A stretch of 64,000 nt of DNA from an uncultured Gemmatimonadaceae bacterium (GCA_963822945.1 CAWGJO010000020.1:224001-288000); one strand, 5' to 3'; numbered from the stretch's first letter, positions 10,643-21,285 are shown. The notes: generated by a model not told the origin, from the sequence alone. Program-made: numbers and translations.

Positions 10643-12435
10643 TTCGCGGGATCCTGGGTGGGTTGGTCGCGCTTCATCAGGACGAACGGCGGCATGACGA
10701 GCGCATCGAGGTTGGTACGCATGAAACAGTCGTAGGCGTCGGCGGGCGTGCAGACGATCGGTTCCCCACGCACGTTGAATGACGTGTTCACGAGCAGCGG
10801 ACAGCCGGTGCGCGCGTCGAACGCGCGCAGCAACGCGTGCAGACCGGGGCTCCGGTCGGCGGTGACGGTCTGGAGGCGCGCCGAGTAGTCCAGATGCGTG
10901 ACGGCCGGGATGTCGGAACGCGGAACGTGCAGCCGGTCGATTCCCCACCGCGTGTCGCCCTCCACCGGCGCCAACCGCCGGTCCTCGCGCACCGGCGCCA
11001 CGAACAGCATGTACGGCGAGTCGCCGTCGATCTCGAAGTATTCGGCCGCGCGTTCGGCGAGCACGCTCGGCGCGAACGGCCGGAATCCCTCGCGGAACTT
11101 CACCTTGAGGTTGATGCGCGCCTGCATGTCCGGGACGCGGGCGTCGGCCAGAATGCTGCGCGCGCCGAGCGCGCGGGGGCCGAACTCCATGGCGCCGTCG
11201 AACCAGCCGACCACGTTGCCGTCGGCCAGCAGATCCGCCGCGCGCGCCACCGCGCCATCGCGGTCCAGTCGCTCCCACACGGCGCCCGATTCGGCGAGAC
11301 CGGCCTCGATCTCCTGGGCGGTGAACGACGGGCCGAGCAGCGCGCCGCGCATTCCGTCGTGGACGCCGTCGGCGGCGCGTGGCTGGTCGAAGTACTGGTG
11401 CCAGGCCACGAGCGCGGCGCCAAGCGCGCCGCCCGCGTCGCCGGCCGCGGGCTGCACCCAGATGCGGTCGAACAGGCCGGCGCGGAGCAGTTTGCCGTTG
11501 GCCACGGCATTGAGCGCCACGCCGCCGGCCAGGCAGAGGTTCGGCTGTCCGGTCTCGCGCCGGGCCGTCCTCGCCATCCGGAGCACCACCTCCTCGCACA
11601 CGTCCTGTACCGAACGCGCGAGGTCCATCTCCCGCTGGGTGAGCGCCGACTCCGGGACGCGTGGGGGGCCGCCGAACAGCGCCGAAAAGGCGTCGTTGGT
11701 CATCGTCAGCCCGCCCAGATAGTTGAAGTAGCGCTGATTCAGCGTGAACGAGCCGTCGTCCCGGAGGTTGAGCAACTCCTGATGGATGGCGTTTACGTAC
11801 TTCGGCTCGCCGTAAGGGGCGAGTCCCATCAGTTTGTACTCGCCCGAGTTCACCTTGAAGCCCGCATGGTACGTGAAGGCCGAGTACAGCAGCCCCAGCG
11901 AATCGGGCCAGTGCAGTTCCTGCACGAGCTCGAGGTCGCGACCGTGGCCGGTGCCGATGGACGCCGTCGCCCACTCGCCCACGCCATCGATGGTCAGAAC
12001 GGCGGCGGCGTCGAACGGCGATGGGTAGAACGCGCTGCCGGCGTGCGATTCGTGGTGTTCCGTGAACAGCACGCGTCCCTGGTAATCGTCGAGGCCGCGA
12101 CGGACGGTGCGCTCGATGTCCAGCCGGTCGCGCGCCCAGAGCGGCGCGCCGTGGCGGAATGACGCGAACCCGGAGGGCGCCATCCAGAGAAAGGTCTCGA
12201 ACACCCGGTCGAGCTTGAGCAGCGGCTTGTCGTAGAAGGCGACCGCCTCGAGTTCGGACGACCGGATGCCGGCCGCCGCCAGACAGAAGGCGATGGCGCG
12301 CGACGGGAAGTGCTCGTCGCCCTTGTTCCGCGAGAATCGTTCTTCCTGCGCAGCCGCGACCACGACGCCGTCGCGGAGGACGCACGCGGCGCTGTCGTGA
12401 TAGAACGCGGAAATGCCGAGGATGTATCGCGGCAA
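10615..12435 (-). CDS. O-carbamoyltransferase (NodU/CmcH/SxtI family)
   Basis: ILGISAFYHDSAA, EHHESHA, DGVGEW, GEYKLMGLAPYG, EFGPRALGARS, KFREGFRPFAP and NTSFNVRGEPIV motifs. The start codon (TTG) is uncertain. Confidence 0.93.
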   Translation of the reverse strand: MPRYILGISAFYHDSAACVLRDGVVVAAAQEERFSRNKGDEHFPSRAIAFCLAAAGIRSSELEAVAFYDKPLLKLDRVFETFLWMAPSGFASFRHGAPLWARDRLDIERTVRRGLDDYQGRVLFTEHHESHAGSAFYPSPFDAAAVLTIDGVGEWATASIGTGHGRDLELVQELHWPDSLGLLYSAFTYHAGFKVNSGEYKLMGLAPYGEPKYVNAIHQELLNLRDDGSFTLNQRYFNYLGGLTMTNDAFSALFGGPPRVPESALTQREMDLARSVQDVCEEVVLRMARTARRETGQPNLCLAGGVALNAVANGKLLRAGLFDRIWVQPAAGDAGGALGAALVAWHQYFDQPRAADGVHDGMRGALLGPSFTAQEIEAGLAESGAVWERLDRDGAVARAADLLADGNVVGWFDGAMEFGPRALGARSILADARVPDMQARINLKVKFREGFRPFAPSVLAERAAEYFEIDGDSPYMLFVAPVREDRRLAPVEGDTRWGIDRLHVPRSDIPAVTHLDYSARLQTVTADRSPGLHALLRAFDARTGCPLLVNTSFNVRGEPIVCTPADAYDCFMRTNLDALVMPPFVLMKRDQPTQDPAKWQRPLPLD

Positions 12436-12572
12436 GGGCGGTACGGTGGGCCGGCGCGGCGGCAGGTAAATCAACGACGCGACCCGCCGGGGGCGGGGTA
12501 CCGCGCAGGTCGTGGGCCGATTGCCAAGATAGATTGCCCCGGTCGCGCCCGAAAGCCGCCAAACGTCTGTGC

Positions 12573-12601
12573 TTGAACCGCACCGACGCATCCGATAGGT
12601 T
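12573..12601 (+). promoter_or_regulatory. Putative sigma70 promoter of the tRNA-Arg/rho unit
   Basis: TTGAAC-17 bp-TAGGTT, ending 12 bp before the tRNA. Confidence 0.5.
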
Positions 12602-12613
12602 ACGCCTCTACCC

Positions 12614-12687
12614 GCGCGCGTAGCTCAGCTGGATAGAGCGTCGGCCTCCGGAGCCGAAGGTCACAGGTTCGAATCCTGTCGCGCGCG
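12614..12687 (+). tRNA. tRNA-Arg(CCG); CCA not encoded
   Basis: GCGCGCG acceptor stem, TAGCTCAGCTGGATAGAGC D arm, TCGGC-CTCCGGA-GCCGA anticodon arm and ACAGG-TTCGAAT-CCTGT T arm. Confidence 0.96.
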
Positions 12688-12840
12688 TCATACCTTCTCA
12701 ATCGCACGATCGCGCGCCCGGCGGGTCCCGGGCGCATCCGCTCCGAGGTTCCCTCCCCCCAGCGGCCACTCCAGTCGATTCAGAATCGACGCCGACCCTC
12801 CCGTTCCCGCAGTCGTCCGCCGCCAGCCGCCAGCCGTTTC

Positions 12841-14124
12841 ATGTCATCGCCGTCATCCGCACCGGCCGTCGTCAGCATCGCTGAACTCAAGCGCAAGCCG
12901 CTCCCCGCCCTCCTCGAGATGGCGCAGGAGCTGGAGCTGACGGACGTCGAGACGCTCCAGCGCCACGATCTGACCTTCCGGATCGAACAGGGCATGCTGG
13001 CCAACGGCACCGTGCTCACGGGCCAGGGCGTGCTCGAGGTGCTGCCCGAAGGGTACGGGTTCCTCCGGAGCCAGGATTACAATTATCTGAACGGCCCCGA
13101 CGACATCTACGTCTCCCCGTCGCAGGTCAAGCGGTTCGGCCTCCAGACCGGCGACACGGTGCAGGGGCAGGTCCGGCCGCCCAAGGAGTGGGAGCGCTAC
13201 CTGGCCCTGCTCAAGGTGGAGTCGGTCAATGGCGACGATCCCGAACTCGCCAAGGAGCGGACGCCGTTCGACAACCTCCGGCCGCGCTATCCCGAGGGAC
13301 GGTTGCGCCTGGAAGTCGCGAGCGGCGACATCAGCATGCGGGTGATGGACCTGATCGCGCCCATCGGAAAGGGCCAGCGCGGACTCATCGTTTCCCCACC
13401 CCGCGCCGGCAAGACGATCCTCCTGCAGAAGATCGCCAACGCCATCGCCGAGAATTATCCGGAGGTCGTGCTCATCGTGCTGCTCATCGACGAGCGGCCC
13501 GAGGAAGTGACCGACATGCGGTTCACGGTGCGCGGCGAGGTGATCAGCTCCACCTTCGACGAGGCGCCGCAACGGCACGTGCAGGTGGCCGACATGGTGA
13601 TCGAGAAGGCCAAGCGGCTGGTGGAGAGCAAGAAGGACGTGGTCATCCTGCTCGACTCGATCACCCGCCTGGGACGCGCGCACAACGCCGTGGTGCCGCA
13701 TTCGGGCAAGATCATGTCGGGCGGCGTGGACGCCAAGGCCCTCGAGAAGCCCAAGAAGTTCTTCGGCGCCGCGCGCAACATCGAGGGCGGAGGCTCGCTC
13801 ACGATCATCGGCACGGCGCTCGTCGAGACCGGTTCCCGCATGGACGAGGTGATCTTCGAGGAATTCAAGGGCACCGGCAACATGGAGCTGATTCTCGACC
13901 GCAAGATCGCCGAGCGCCGCATCTATCCCGCCATCGACATCAATCGCTCGGGCACCCGCAAGGAAGAATTGCTGTTCACCACGGAAGAACTGAACCGGGT
14001 GACCCTCCTGCGCACCTTCCTGGGCGACATGCCGGATACCGAAGCGATCGAGTTCCTGCTCAAGCAGATGGCGCGATCGAAGAACAACAAGGAATTCTTC
14101 GCGCAGATGGCGCAGGGCGGATGA
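12841..14124 (+). CDS. rho: Transcription termination factor Rho
   Basis: [33 protein letters not shown] and FKGTGNMEL motifs. Confidence 0.97.
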   Translation: MSSPSSAPAVVSIAELKRKPLPALLEMAQELELTDVETLQRHDLTFRIEQGMLANGTVLTGQGVLEVLPEGYGFLRSQDYNYLNGPDDIYVSPSQVKRFGLQTGDTVQGQVRPPKEWERYLALLKVESVNGDDPELAKERTPFDNLRPRYPEGRLRLEVASGDISMRVMDLIAPIGKGQRGLIVSPPRAGKTILLQKIANAIAENYPEVVLIVLLIDERPEEVTDMRFTVRGEVISSTFDEAPQRHVQVADMVIEKAKRLVESKKDVVILLDSITRLGRAHNAVVPHSGKIMSGGVDAKALEKPKKFFGAARNIEGGGSLTIIGTALVETGSRMDEVIFEEFKGTGNMELILDRKIAERRIYPAIDINRSGTRKEELLFTTEELNRVTLLRTFLGDMPDTEAIEFLLKQMARSKNNKEFFAQMAQGG

Positions 14125-14558
14125 CCGTGGCGGCGCTGGATCGGGGCCGGTGGCTCGCCGTGGACTGGGGCGAGCGGCGCATCGGGCTCGCCATCAGCGA
14201 TCCCACCGGCACCATCGCGTCTCCGGCCGGATACATCCAGCGGCGCGCCGGCAAACGCCCGCCCATTGCCGAACTCATGCGGCGCGCCGAAGCCCTGCAG
14301 GCACGGGCGTTCGTGCTCGGCCTCCCGCTGGACGGCCAGGGCGACGATACGCCGCGCGCCGTCGAGGTGCGGCACGTGGCGGCCGAACTCGAGAAGCGCA
14401 CCGGACTGCCCGTCCGCCTGCTCGACGAGCGGTTCACCACCGCCGCCGCGCTCCGGGCCGTGCACGAGATGGGCGGCTCGCCCCGCGACCGCAAGGGCGA
14501 CGTCGATGCCCTCTCCGCCACCGTGCTGCTCCAGCACGCCCTCCGCCACGATGCGTAG
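14121..14558 (+). CDS. ruvX: RuvX/YqgF pre-16S rRNA nuclease
   Basis: [22 protein letters not shown] and [10 protein letters not shown] motifs. Confidence 0.92.
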   Translation: MTVAALDRGRWLAVDWGERRIGLAISDPTGTIASPAGYIQRRAGKRPPIAELMRRAEALQARAFVLGLPLDGQGDDTPRAVEVRHVAAELEKRTGLPVRLLDERFTTAAALRAVHEMGGSPRDRKGDVDALSATVLLQHALRHDA

Positions 14559-15591
14559 CCGCCTCGTCCTCGCCGCCCTGCTGCTGCCGTCGATGCTCGC
14601 GCTCTCCGCGTGCGCCACGGACGATGCCACGACGGCGCGGGTGGTCGTGCCCGCCGGCGCCTCGTTGCGCGTGGCCGCCGATTCGTTGGCCAAAGCGGGG
14701 GTCGTACGCGCTCCCCGTCTGTTCCGGACCTACGCCTGGCTGCGCGGCGGAGACCGGCGGATCCGCGCCGGAACCTACGAGTTCCGCGTCGGCGACAGTT
14801 GGAGCACCGTGCTGGGCATGCTGCGCGCCGGGCGCGGCATCGTGGTCACCGTCACGGTGCCTGAAGGATTCGCGCTCAGCCAGATCGAACCCCTCCTCGC
14901 CGAGAAGCTCGGCGTGCCCGAAGACTCCGTGAGGGCCGCCGCGTCCGACACCGCGCTGCTGGCGCGGCTCAACCTGCCGACGCCGACGCTCGAGGGCTAC
15001 CTGTTTCCCGACACGTACACCTTTCCCGAAGGCACCACCGCCCGCCAGGCCGTGACCGACATGGAACGTCGGTTCGAGCAGGTGTGGAAGCCGGCCTGGA
15101 CGGCGCGGCTGGACACCATCGGGATGTCGCGCAACGACGTGATGACCCTGGCGTCGATCGTCGAGAAGGAAGCCAAGCTGCCCGAGGAACGGCCCGTCAT
15201 CGCCGCCGTGTACATGAACCGGCTCAAAGCCGGCATGCTGCTGCAGGCCGATCCCACCGTGCAGTACTCGCTGCCGGCGCACGAGGCGCGAGTGCTGTAC
15301 AAGGACCTCAAGGTCAAGTCGCCGTACAACACGTACCGCCACCCGGGACTTCCACCGGGGCCCATCGCCTCGCCGGGCGTGGCGAGCATCGAGGCCGCGC
15401 TCTACCCGGCCAACGTGCCGTACAAGTACTTCGTGGCGGCGCCCGACGGCCACCACGAATTCCGCGTGGACTTCAAGGGACACGAGGCCGCGGTCCGGCA
15501 AATGCGGCGTGAGCGCGCCGCCCAGGAGCGGAAGGCCAAAGCCGCGCGCGACACCGGTTCCACGCGCGGATCGCGGCACACGCCGCGCTGA
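14551..15591 (+). CDS. mltG: Endolytic transglycosylase MltG
   Basis: EGYLFPDTY, LASIVEKE, LQADPTV and SPYNTY..GLPPGPI motifs. Confidence 0.93.
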   Translation: MRSRLVLAALLLPSMLALSACATDDATTARVVVPAGASLRVAADSLAKAGVVRAPRLFRTYAWLRGGDRRIRAGTYEFRVGDSWSTVLGMLRAGRGIVVTVTVPEGFALSQIEPLLAEKLGVPEDSVRAAASDTALLARLNLPTPTLEGYLFPDTYTFPEGTTARQAVTDMERRFEQVWKPAWTARLDTIGMSRNDVMTLASIVEKEAKLPEERPVIAAVYMNRLKAGMLLQADPTVQYSLPAHEARVLYKDLKVKSPYNTYRHPGLPPGPIASPGVASIEAALYPANVPYKYFVAAPDGHHEFRVDFKGHEAAVRQMRRERAAQERKAKAARDTGSTRGSRHTPR

Positions 15592-15599
15592 GCCCCGGC

Positions 15600-16767
15600 A
15601 TGCCGGCACACGCGGTGGTCTCGGCCAAGGGCGCGCGGCGGTGGGCGCACGGCCATCCCTGGATCTACCGAAGCGACGTCACGGAGCGCCCGGACCAGCC
15701 GGCCGGCATCGTCGCCGTGCGCGATGCGCGCGGAAAGTCCATCGGTTGGGCGCTGTGGAGCCCGCGATCCGAGATCTCGCTGCGCCTGCTCGACCGCGAT
15801 CCCGGCGCCACGATCGACGGCGGGTGGTGGCGCGACCGACTGGCCGCGGCCATCGCGCGTCGCGACGTGCTTCGCCCGCAGGCCACGGCCTACCGGCTGG
15901 TGCACGGCGAGGGCGACGGCCTGCCATCGCTGGTGCTGCGACCGCTACGACCGGTGGCTCGTGGTGCAGTTCATGAGTGCCGGACTCGAGCCGTCGCGCC
16001 CGGCGATCGTCGAGGCGCTCGAGACGCTGGTGCACCCGGCCGGTATCCTGGCGCGCAACGACGTGTCGCTTCGCGACAAGGAGGGCCTGCCCCGCACGGT
16101 GGAATTGCTGGCCGGCGACGTCCCGCGCGAGATCGAGGTAGAGGAGCACGGCGTGCGCTACCTGGCCGCGCCCTGGGACGGCCAGAAGACCGGCGCGTTC
16201 CTGGATCAGCGTGAGAACCGGGCCCGCATCGGCGCCCTCGCGCGCGGGCGCGCGCTCGACTGCTTCAGCTACCACGGGTCGTTTGCCCTGCACCTGGCGC
16301 GGAAGGCCGACCGCGTGATCGCGTTGGACAGTTCGGCCGCCGCGCTGCAGCGCGCCGCCGACAACTGCGCCCGCAACGGTCTCTCCAACGTCGAGTTGGT
16401 GGAGGCCAACGCCTTCGACTTTCTCAAGAACGCGGACCGCGAGGGCGCACGGTTCGACACCATCGTCCTCGACCCACCGGCCTTCGCCAAAACCAAGAAC
16501 GCGCTGGCCGCCGCCATCCGCGGCTACAAGGAGATCAACCTCCGCGCCATGCGGCTGCTCTCGCCGGGCGGCGTGCTGTTCACCGCGAGTTGCAGCTTTC
16601 ATCTCACGAAGCCCCGCTTTCTGGAGATGCTGGTGGCGGCGGCCGCCGACTCCGGCCGCCGCCTCGCGCTGCGCGAGGTGCTCGGGCAGCCGCTGGACCA
16701 CCCGGAAATCCTGACCATCCCGGAAACGGGGTACATCAAGGGCGCGATCGTCGAAGCCATGGATTGA
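15600..16767 (+). CDS. RlmI-like SAM-dependent rRNA methyltransferase; apparent frameshift near 15936
   Basis: PUA domain GHPWIY and GEGDGLP in one frame; GQKTGAFLDQR and LDPPAFAK in the next frame. Confidence 0.85.
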
Positions 16768-16843
16768 TGACCGCCGGCCTCTGGCGCTCGCGTCCGGATC
16801 GCCCCATGCTATCGGCTCTCCTTCCACCCGCATACCTCCGATC

Positions 16844-18379
16844 ATGAACGTCATCCGTCTCCTCCGCCCGTCCGCGGCGGCCGCCCTCGCCGTGCTCGGC
16901 GCTGCCGCGCCGGCCAGCCTCGCCGCGCAACAGCAGCCCGTGCCGACGCCTCCGCCGGGTATGGCTCTCATCAAGCAGTCCGACCTCAAGGCCGATCTGT
17001 ACTACCTGGCGAGCGATGCGATGCGCGGACGCGAGGCGGGGACGATCGACGAACTCCACGGTGCCATGTGGGAGGCCAAGCGGGCGCGCGAGGCCGGCCT
17101 CATTCCGGCCGGTGACGACGGCACGTTCTTCCAGTGGTGGAACATGAAGCGCACGCGGCTGTCCCCGGCCAGCACGATCACCGTCGGCGATCACCGGCTC
17201 GTGCTCTGGAAGGACGTCGCCGCCATGACCACGCTGGACCTGGATGTTCAGGCGCCCACGGTGTGGGCCGGCGACGGCAGCGACACCACGATCGACGTCA
17301 GCGGCAAGATCGCCGTGGCCCAACTCGTGAAGCCGCCGGCCAACGCCCGCAAGTTCGAGGGCGTCTACTCGCCGGAGTGGCACTACGCCACGGCGTCGAT
17401 CGGCGCCCAGGGTCGCGAGCTGGCGCGGCGAGGCGCCGTGGCCGTGATCCTGGTTGCCGACTCGATCGGCGACGTGGCCTTCGACGCCGTGAGGGCCGTG
17501 TCGTCGCGCGGATACTACGACGTGGACGACTCGGCCACGAACGCCGCCGGCGGCCGGTACGGACGCACGCCGTCGGGGCCGCCCATCCTGCTCGCCCATC
17601 GCGATCTGCGCGCCATGCTCGCCCCGTCGGGCCAGCAGGCGCGCGTCCACCTGGTCACCGAGAGCTTCGACTACCCGTCGGTGAACGTCGTCGGCATCGC
17701 GCGCGGCACCGACCCCAAGCTCCGCAACGAGTACGTGATGTTCAGCAGCCACACCGACCACGACGGCGTGCGCTTTCCGATGGCCGGCGATTCCATCTGG
17801 AACGGAGCCGACGACAACGGTTCCACGAGCGTCGCGATCCTGGCGATCGCCCGCGCGTTCGTGAAGCACCCGGCCAAGCGGTCGGCGCTGTTCATCTGGC
17901 ACGGCGCCGAGGAGCGCGGCCTGCTCGGCTCCCGCTACCACGCCGCGCACCCGGTGGTGCCGCTGCACGACATCGTCGCCGTGCTCAACGGTGACCTGAT
18001 CGGCCGCAACAACCCCGACACGGCCTCGCTGCTCGGCGTGCAGCCCCCGCACCGCAATTCCACCGACCTGGTGCGCATGGCGCTCGAAGCCAACGCCGCC
18101 ACCGGGAAGTTCGTGCTCGATTCCACGTGGGACCGCCCCACGCACCCCGAGGGCTGGTACTTCCGCAGCGACCACGTGCCCTACGTCCGGCGCGGCATTC
18201 CGGCGCTGATGTACTCCACGAACCTCCATCCCGACTACCACACGCCGCGCGATGAAGCGTCGCGAATCGACTACGCCAAGCTCACGCGCATGACCGACTG
18301 GATCTACGAGACCGGATGGCTGGTGGCCAACGCGCCCAAGCGGCCGGCGCTCGACCCGGGGTTCAAGCTGGAGCGATAG
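16844..18379 (+). CDS. Secreted M28 family metallopeptidase
   Basis: Signal peptide; SHTDH, NGADDNGS, GAEERGLLGS, RSDH and DYHTPRD motifs. Confidence 0.9.
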   Translation: MNVIRLLRPSAAAALAVLGAAAPASLAAQQQPVPTPPPGMALIKQSDLKADLYYLASDAMRGREAGTIDELHGAMWEAKRAREAGLIPAGDDGTFFQWWNMKRTRLSPASTITVGDHRLVLWKDVAAMTTLDLDVQAPTVWAGDGSDTTIDVSGKIAVAQLVKPPANARKFEGVYSPEWHYATASIGAQGRELARRGAVAVILVADSIGDVAFDAVRAVSSRGYYDVDDSATNAAGGRYGRTPSGPPILLAHRDLRAMLAPSGQQARVHLVTESFDYPSVNVVGIARGTDPKLRNEYVMFSSHTDHDGVRFPMAGDSIWNGADDNGSTSVAILAIARAFVKHPAKRSALFIWHGAEERGLLGSRYHAAHPVVPLHDIVAVLNGDLIGRNNPDTASLLGVQPPHRNSTDLVRMALEANAATGKFVLDSTWDRPTHPEGWYFRSDHVPYVRRGIPALMYSTNLHPDYHTPRDEASRIDYAKLTRMTDWIYETGWLVANAPKRPALDPGFKLER

Positions 18380-18395
18380 CGGTTCCCGAAGATCC

Positions 18396-18427
18396 GGCGC
18401 GCTCGCCTCACCACCGGGCGGGCGCGC
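18396..18427. terminator. GC-rich hairpin between the convergent M28 and mutM genes
   Basis: GCGCGCTCGCC ... GGCGGGCGCGC inverted repeat; no U-tract. Confidence 0.35.
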
Positions 18428-18449
18428 GGATTGCCGGGGAAGCGGCCCC

Positions 18450-19223
18450 TCACCGCTGGCAGCGTGGGCAGTAGTACGTGGAACGCCCGGCCTGCACGAT
18501 GCGGCGGATCGGGGCGCCGCACCGACGACACTTCAGCCCTTCGCGATCGTACACATTGAGCCGCGCCGCGCCGATCTCCGAATATCGCGCCCCGGTGGCG
18601 CGGGTGATCACCGCCCGCACCGCGCCGATGAGCGCGGCCAGCCTCGGCCGCGACAGCGACGACGCGCGCGCGCGCGGACTGATCTTCGCGCGCCACAGCG
18701 CCTCGGCCGCGTAGATGTTGCCCAGCCCTGCGATCACGCGCTGGTCGAGCAGCACCGGCTTGACCGGACCGCGCCGCCGCGCGAGGAGCGCGCGCAGATG
18801 GTCCGGCGTGAGCGCCGCGTCCATCGGTTCGACGCCGAGCGCCAGGTCGGGCGGCGCGCCGGCGGGATGCACGTCGAGCGTGGCCAGGGCGCGCGAATCC
18901 TCGAGCACCAGCCGCCGGCCGTCGTCCAGCGTGAAGACCGCGCGGGCGAAGCGCGGCAGCGGTGCGCCGCGCCGCGCCACCACCCAGTCGCCGGTCATGC
19001 GAAAGTGCGCGTGCAACACCCGCCCGTCGGCCAGGCGCAGGAGTTGATGCTTGCCGCGGCGTTCGACCTCGGCAATGCGGGCCCCGGCCAGCGCGCGGGC
19101 CGCGGCCTCCGGCAGGCGCCGGCGGAGGCTCGGGTGCAGCAGTTCCACCTGCGTGATGGTGCGCCCGCGGACCGCGCGGCGGAGCAGACGGACCGCATGT
19201 TCGACTTCCGGCAGTTCCGGCAT
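18450..19223 (-). CDS. mutM: Formamidopyrimidine-DNA glycosylase
   Basis: MPELPEVE start, RRGK, GLGNIYAAE and a C-terminal zinc finger ending CPRCQ. Confidence 0.95.
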   Translation of the reverse strand: MPELPEVEHAVRLLRRAVRGRTITQVELLHPSLRRRLPEAAARALAGARIAEVERRGKHQLLRLADGRVLHAHFRMTGDWVVARRGAPLPRFARAVFTLDDGRRLVLEDSRALATLDVHPAGAPPDLALGVEPMDAALTPDHLRALLARRRGPVKPVLLDQRVIAGLGNIYAAEALWRAKISPRARASSLSRPRLAALIGAVRAVITRATGARYSEIGAARLNVYDREGLKCRRCGAPIRRIVQAGRSTYYCPRCQR

Positions 19224-19252
19224 CTTGCTGGTTCCCCGTTGACGGAGGGGCA

Positions 19253-20176
19253 ATGACCGGGCAAGATGCGCGCGTGACCTCCGGAACTCAATCGGCGGAC
19301 GATCCCTTGCGCGGCGGCGACGCCCGGAGCCTGGACGTGCGGCGCGTGCTGCGCCAGGTCCTGGTGCTCAATGCGCTCGTCCTCGCCGTGAAGCTCGGCA
19401 TCGGCGTGCATACGCGCGCCCTCGCCGTGCTCGGCGCCGCGTTCGAGTCGGGGCTCGATCTACTCAACAACGTCATCGGCATGACCCTGGTCTCGATCGC
19501 CGCGCTGGGGCCGGACGAGGATCACCCCTACGGCCACGCGAAGTTCGAGACCCTCGGGACCATGGGTATCGTCATGTTCCTGTCGATCTCGTGCTTCGAG
19601 TTGCTTCGGGAATCGATCGGCGGGTTGATGCGGAACCGGACCCCCCATCCGGCCACGCCGGTGGAGGTGGCCGTGATGGCGCTGACGCTCGTCGTGAACT
19701 TCGGCATCGTGTGGTTCGAACGGCGGCGCGGCCGATCGCTGCAGAGCGCGTTCCTGCTTGCCGACTCGGCGCACACCGCCACGGACATCTTCGTGACCCT
19801 GCTCGCCCTGGCGTCGCTGGTGCTCACCCGGGCCGGCGCGCCGCGCGCCGATGCCTTCCTCGGGATCGCCGTAGCCCTGAGCATCGCATGGACCGGGTGG
19901 CAGATCCTGCGAGAGTCGGTCCCGATTCTGGTGGACGCGCGCGGGATGGACGCGGCGGAACTTCGACGGTTGGCGACGAGTATTCCAGGCATCCTCGGCG
20001 TGCGGACCGTGCGTTCGCGGTCCACGGCGTCGGGCCAGTTGTTCGTCGAGATGACCATCGTGGTCGCCGGCAGTTCCTCGGTGCGGGAGGCGCATGCGTT
20101 GGCCGATGCCGTGGAGCGGGAAGTCGAACGCAGTGCCGGAAGCGCCGAAGTCGTCGTGCACGTCGAGCCCGCCTAG
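19253..20176 (+). CDS. Cation diffusion facilitator transporter (FieF-like)
   Basis: PDEDHPYGHAKFE, ADSAHTATD and C-terminal VVVHVEP motifs. Confidence 0.9.
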   Translation: MTGQDARVTSGTQSADDPLRGGDARSLDVRRVLRQVLVLNALVLAVKLGIGVHTRALAVLGAAFESGLDLLNNVIGMTLVSIAALGPDEDHPYGHAKFETLGTMGIVMFLSISCFELLRESIGGLMRNRTPHPATPVEVAVMALTLVVNFGIVWFERRRGRSLQSAFLLADSAHTATDIFVTLLALASLVLTRAGAPRADAFLGIAVALSIAWTGWQILRESVPILVDARGMDAAELRRLATSIPGILGVRTVRSRSTASGQLFVEMTIVVAGSSSVREAHALADAVEREVERSAGSAEVVVHVEPA

Positions 20177-20240
20177 GCAAAGCCCCGCTTGCGCGGCGCT
20201 CGGCGCGATACAACATTTGTGAGTCCACACCCGAGTGCGC

Positions 20241-21032
20241 ATGGCTCCGCGACCGCAGCGGTCCCTTCGACACGAGTACGAACTGTACGTCGAAGAGGAA
20301 ATCGAGAACTACAAGGAATCGATCCCGCGCTCGGCGTTGCTGAGTATCGGTGACGAGGCGGTGTCGCGTCTGGGTGCGGGCGACCAGATCCTGCTCACCG
20401 AACTGCTGCTCTGCGACGAGGTGAACCGGATCATCTTCAAGCGGCTGCGCCTGCCGGGCTACGACACGTGGCGCCGCAAGCGGATCAAGCTCGCCAAGGA
20501 GTTGCGCCGTCCGGATCACTGGGGGCTGACCGCCGACCACGTGGCGGTGCGCGCGATGTCGCAGACGGCCGAGGGCCGGGTGCTGGTGGCCGGCGACGCC
20601 GAGGAAGGCTCTGCGCTCTTCCTGGCCGCGAACGGATGTCAGGTCACCTCGGTGCATCGCGAGCCCCACAGCCTGGAGCGCGTGCGCCGGGCCGCCGACG
20701 ACGCCGGACTCGCCGAGCGCGTGCGCGCCGTGGCCGCCGATCTCAACACCTGGGAACCAGACGATGCGCCGCTCACGGCGGTCATCTGCACGCCGGCCGC
20801 GTTTGCGGGGCTGAACATGAAAGCGCGGCGCCGCGTGATCGAGTTGCTCAAGTCGGCCACCGCCGATGGCGGGGTGCACCTGGTGCAGACCATGGCCGCC
20901 ACCACGGGTCGCCGGAAGTCGCCATCGCTCGATGAGCTACGCACGCGCTATCGAGGGTGGGCGATTACGGTGGACGAGGACCCGGCAGGCGGCGGACTGA
21001 ACACGCTGATGGCACGAAAGGAGATCGCCTGA
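20241..21032 (+). CDS. Hypothetical protein: helical N-terminal domain plus a degenerate class I methyltransferase-like fold
   Basis: High-GC3 codon usage. GRVLVAGDAEEGSALFLAANGCQVTSV and VAADLNTWEP resemble SAM-binding motifs but lack GxGxG. Confidence 0.65.
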   Translation: MAPRPQRSLRHEYELYVEEEIENYKESIPRSALLSIGDEAVSRLGAGDQILLTELLLCDEVNRIIFKRLRLPGYDTWRRKRIKLAKELRRPDHWGLTADHVAVRAMSQTAEGRVLVAGDAEEGSALFLAANGCQVTSVHREPHSLERVRRAADDAGLAERVRAVAADLNTWEPDDAPLTAVICTPAAFAGLNMKARRRVIELLKSATADGGVHLVQTMAATTGRRKSPSLDELRTRYRGWAITVDEDPAGGGLNTLMARKEIA

Positions 21033-21156
21033 CCCGTATCAAAGCGACACGGTGTTATCAGTCTTGTATGTGTCATCGAGCGACAGGTTGCTGGAAACAG
21101 CTATAACCGGTGGCTCGTTTGTCGTTTTTGGACAACGACTTACCTACTGACCCGTG

Positions 21157-21174
21157 TTGGCACCGAGTGTGCTT
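21157..21174 (+). promoter_or_regulatory. Putative sigma54 (-24/-12) promoter
   Basis: TTGGCACCGAGTGTGCTT has GG-N10-GC with TGGCAC. An IHF-like CAACGACTTA lies just upstream, and the imperfect palindrome GTATCAAAGCGACAC is at 21036-21050. Confidence 0.65.
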
Positions 21175-21285
21175 AGAGGGTGATGTCCGCGCGGCCGCTG
21201 TGGCCGCGCCACCGGGGCGGGCGGCGACCCGTTCTCGTCGCCCCGTCCCGAGTTCCCCGAGTGAGCGGCAGTGGTGAGTCATATA

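Noticed and set aside
8209..12435. Saxitoxin biosynthesis
   Set aside because: Only the I/J/K/L-like accessory genes are present; no sxtA-like PKS, amidinotransferase or other core genes are in the window.
5346..12687. Genomic island integrated at tRNA-Arg
   Set aside because: The accessory genes lie on the 5' side of the tRNA. I found no integrase, no duplicated tRNA 3' end and no compositional shift.
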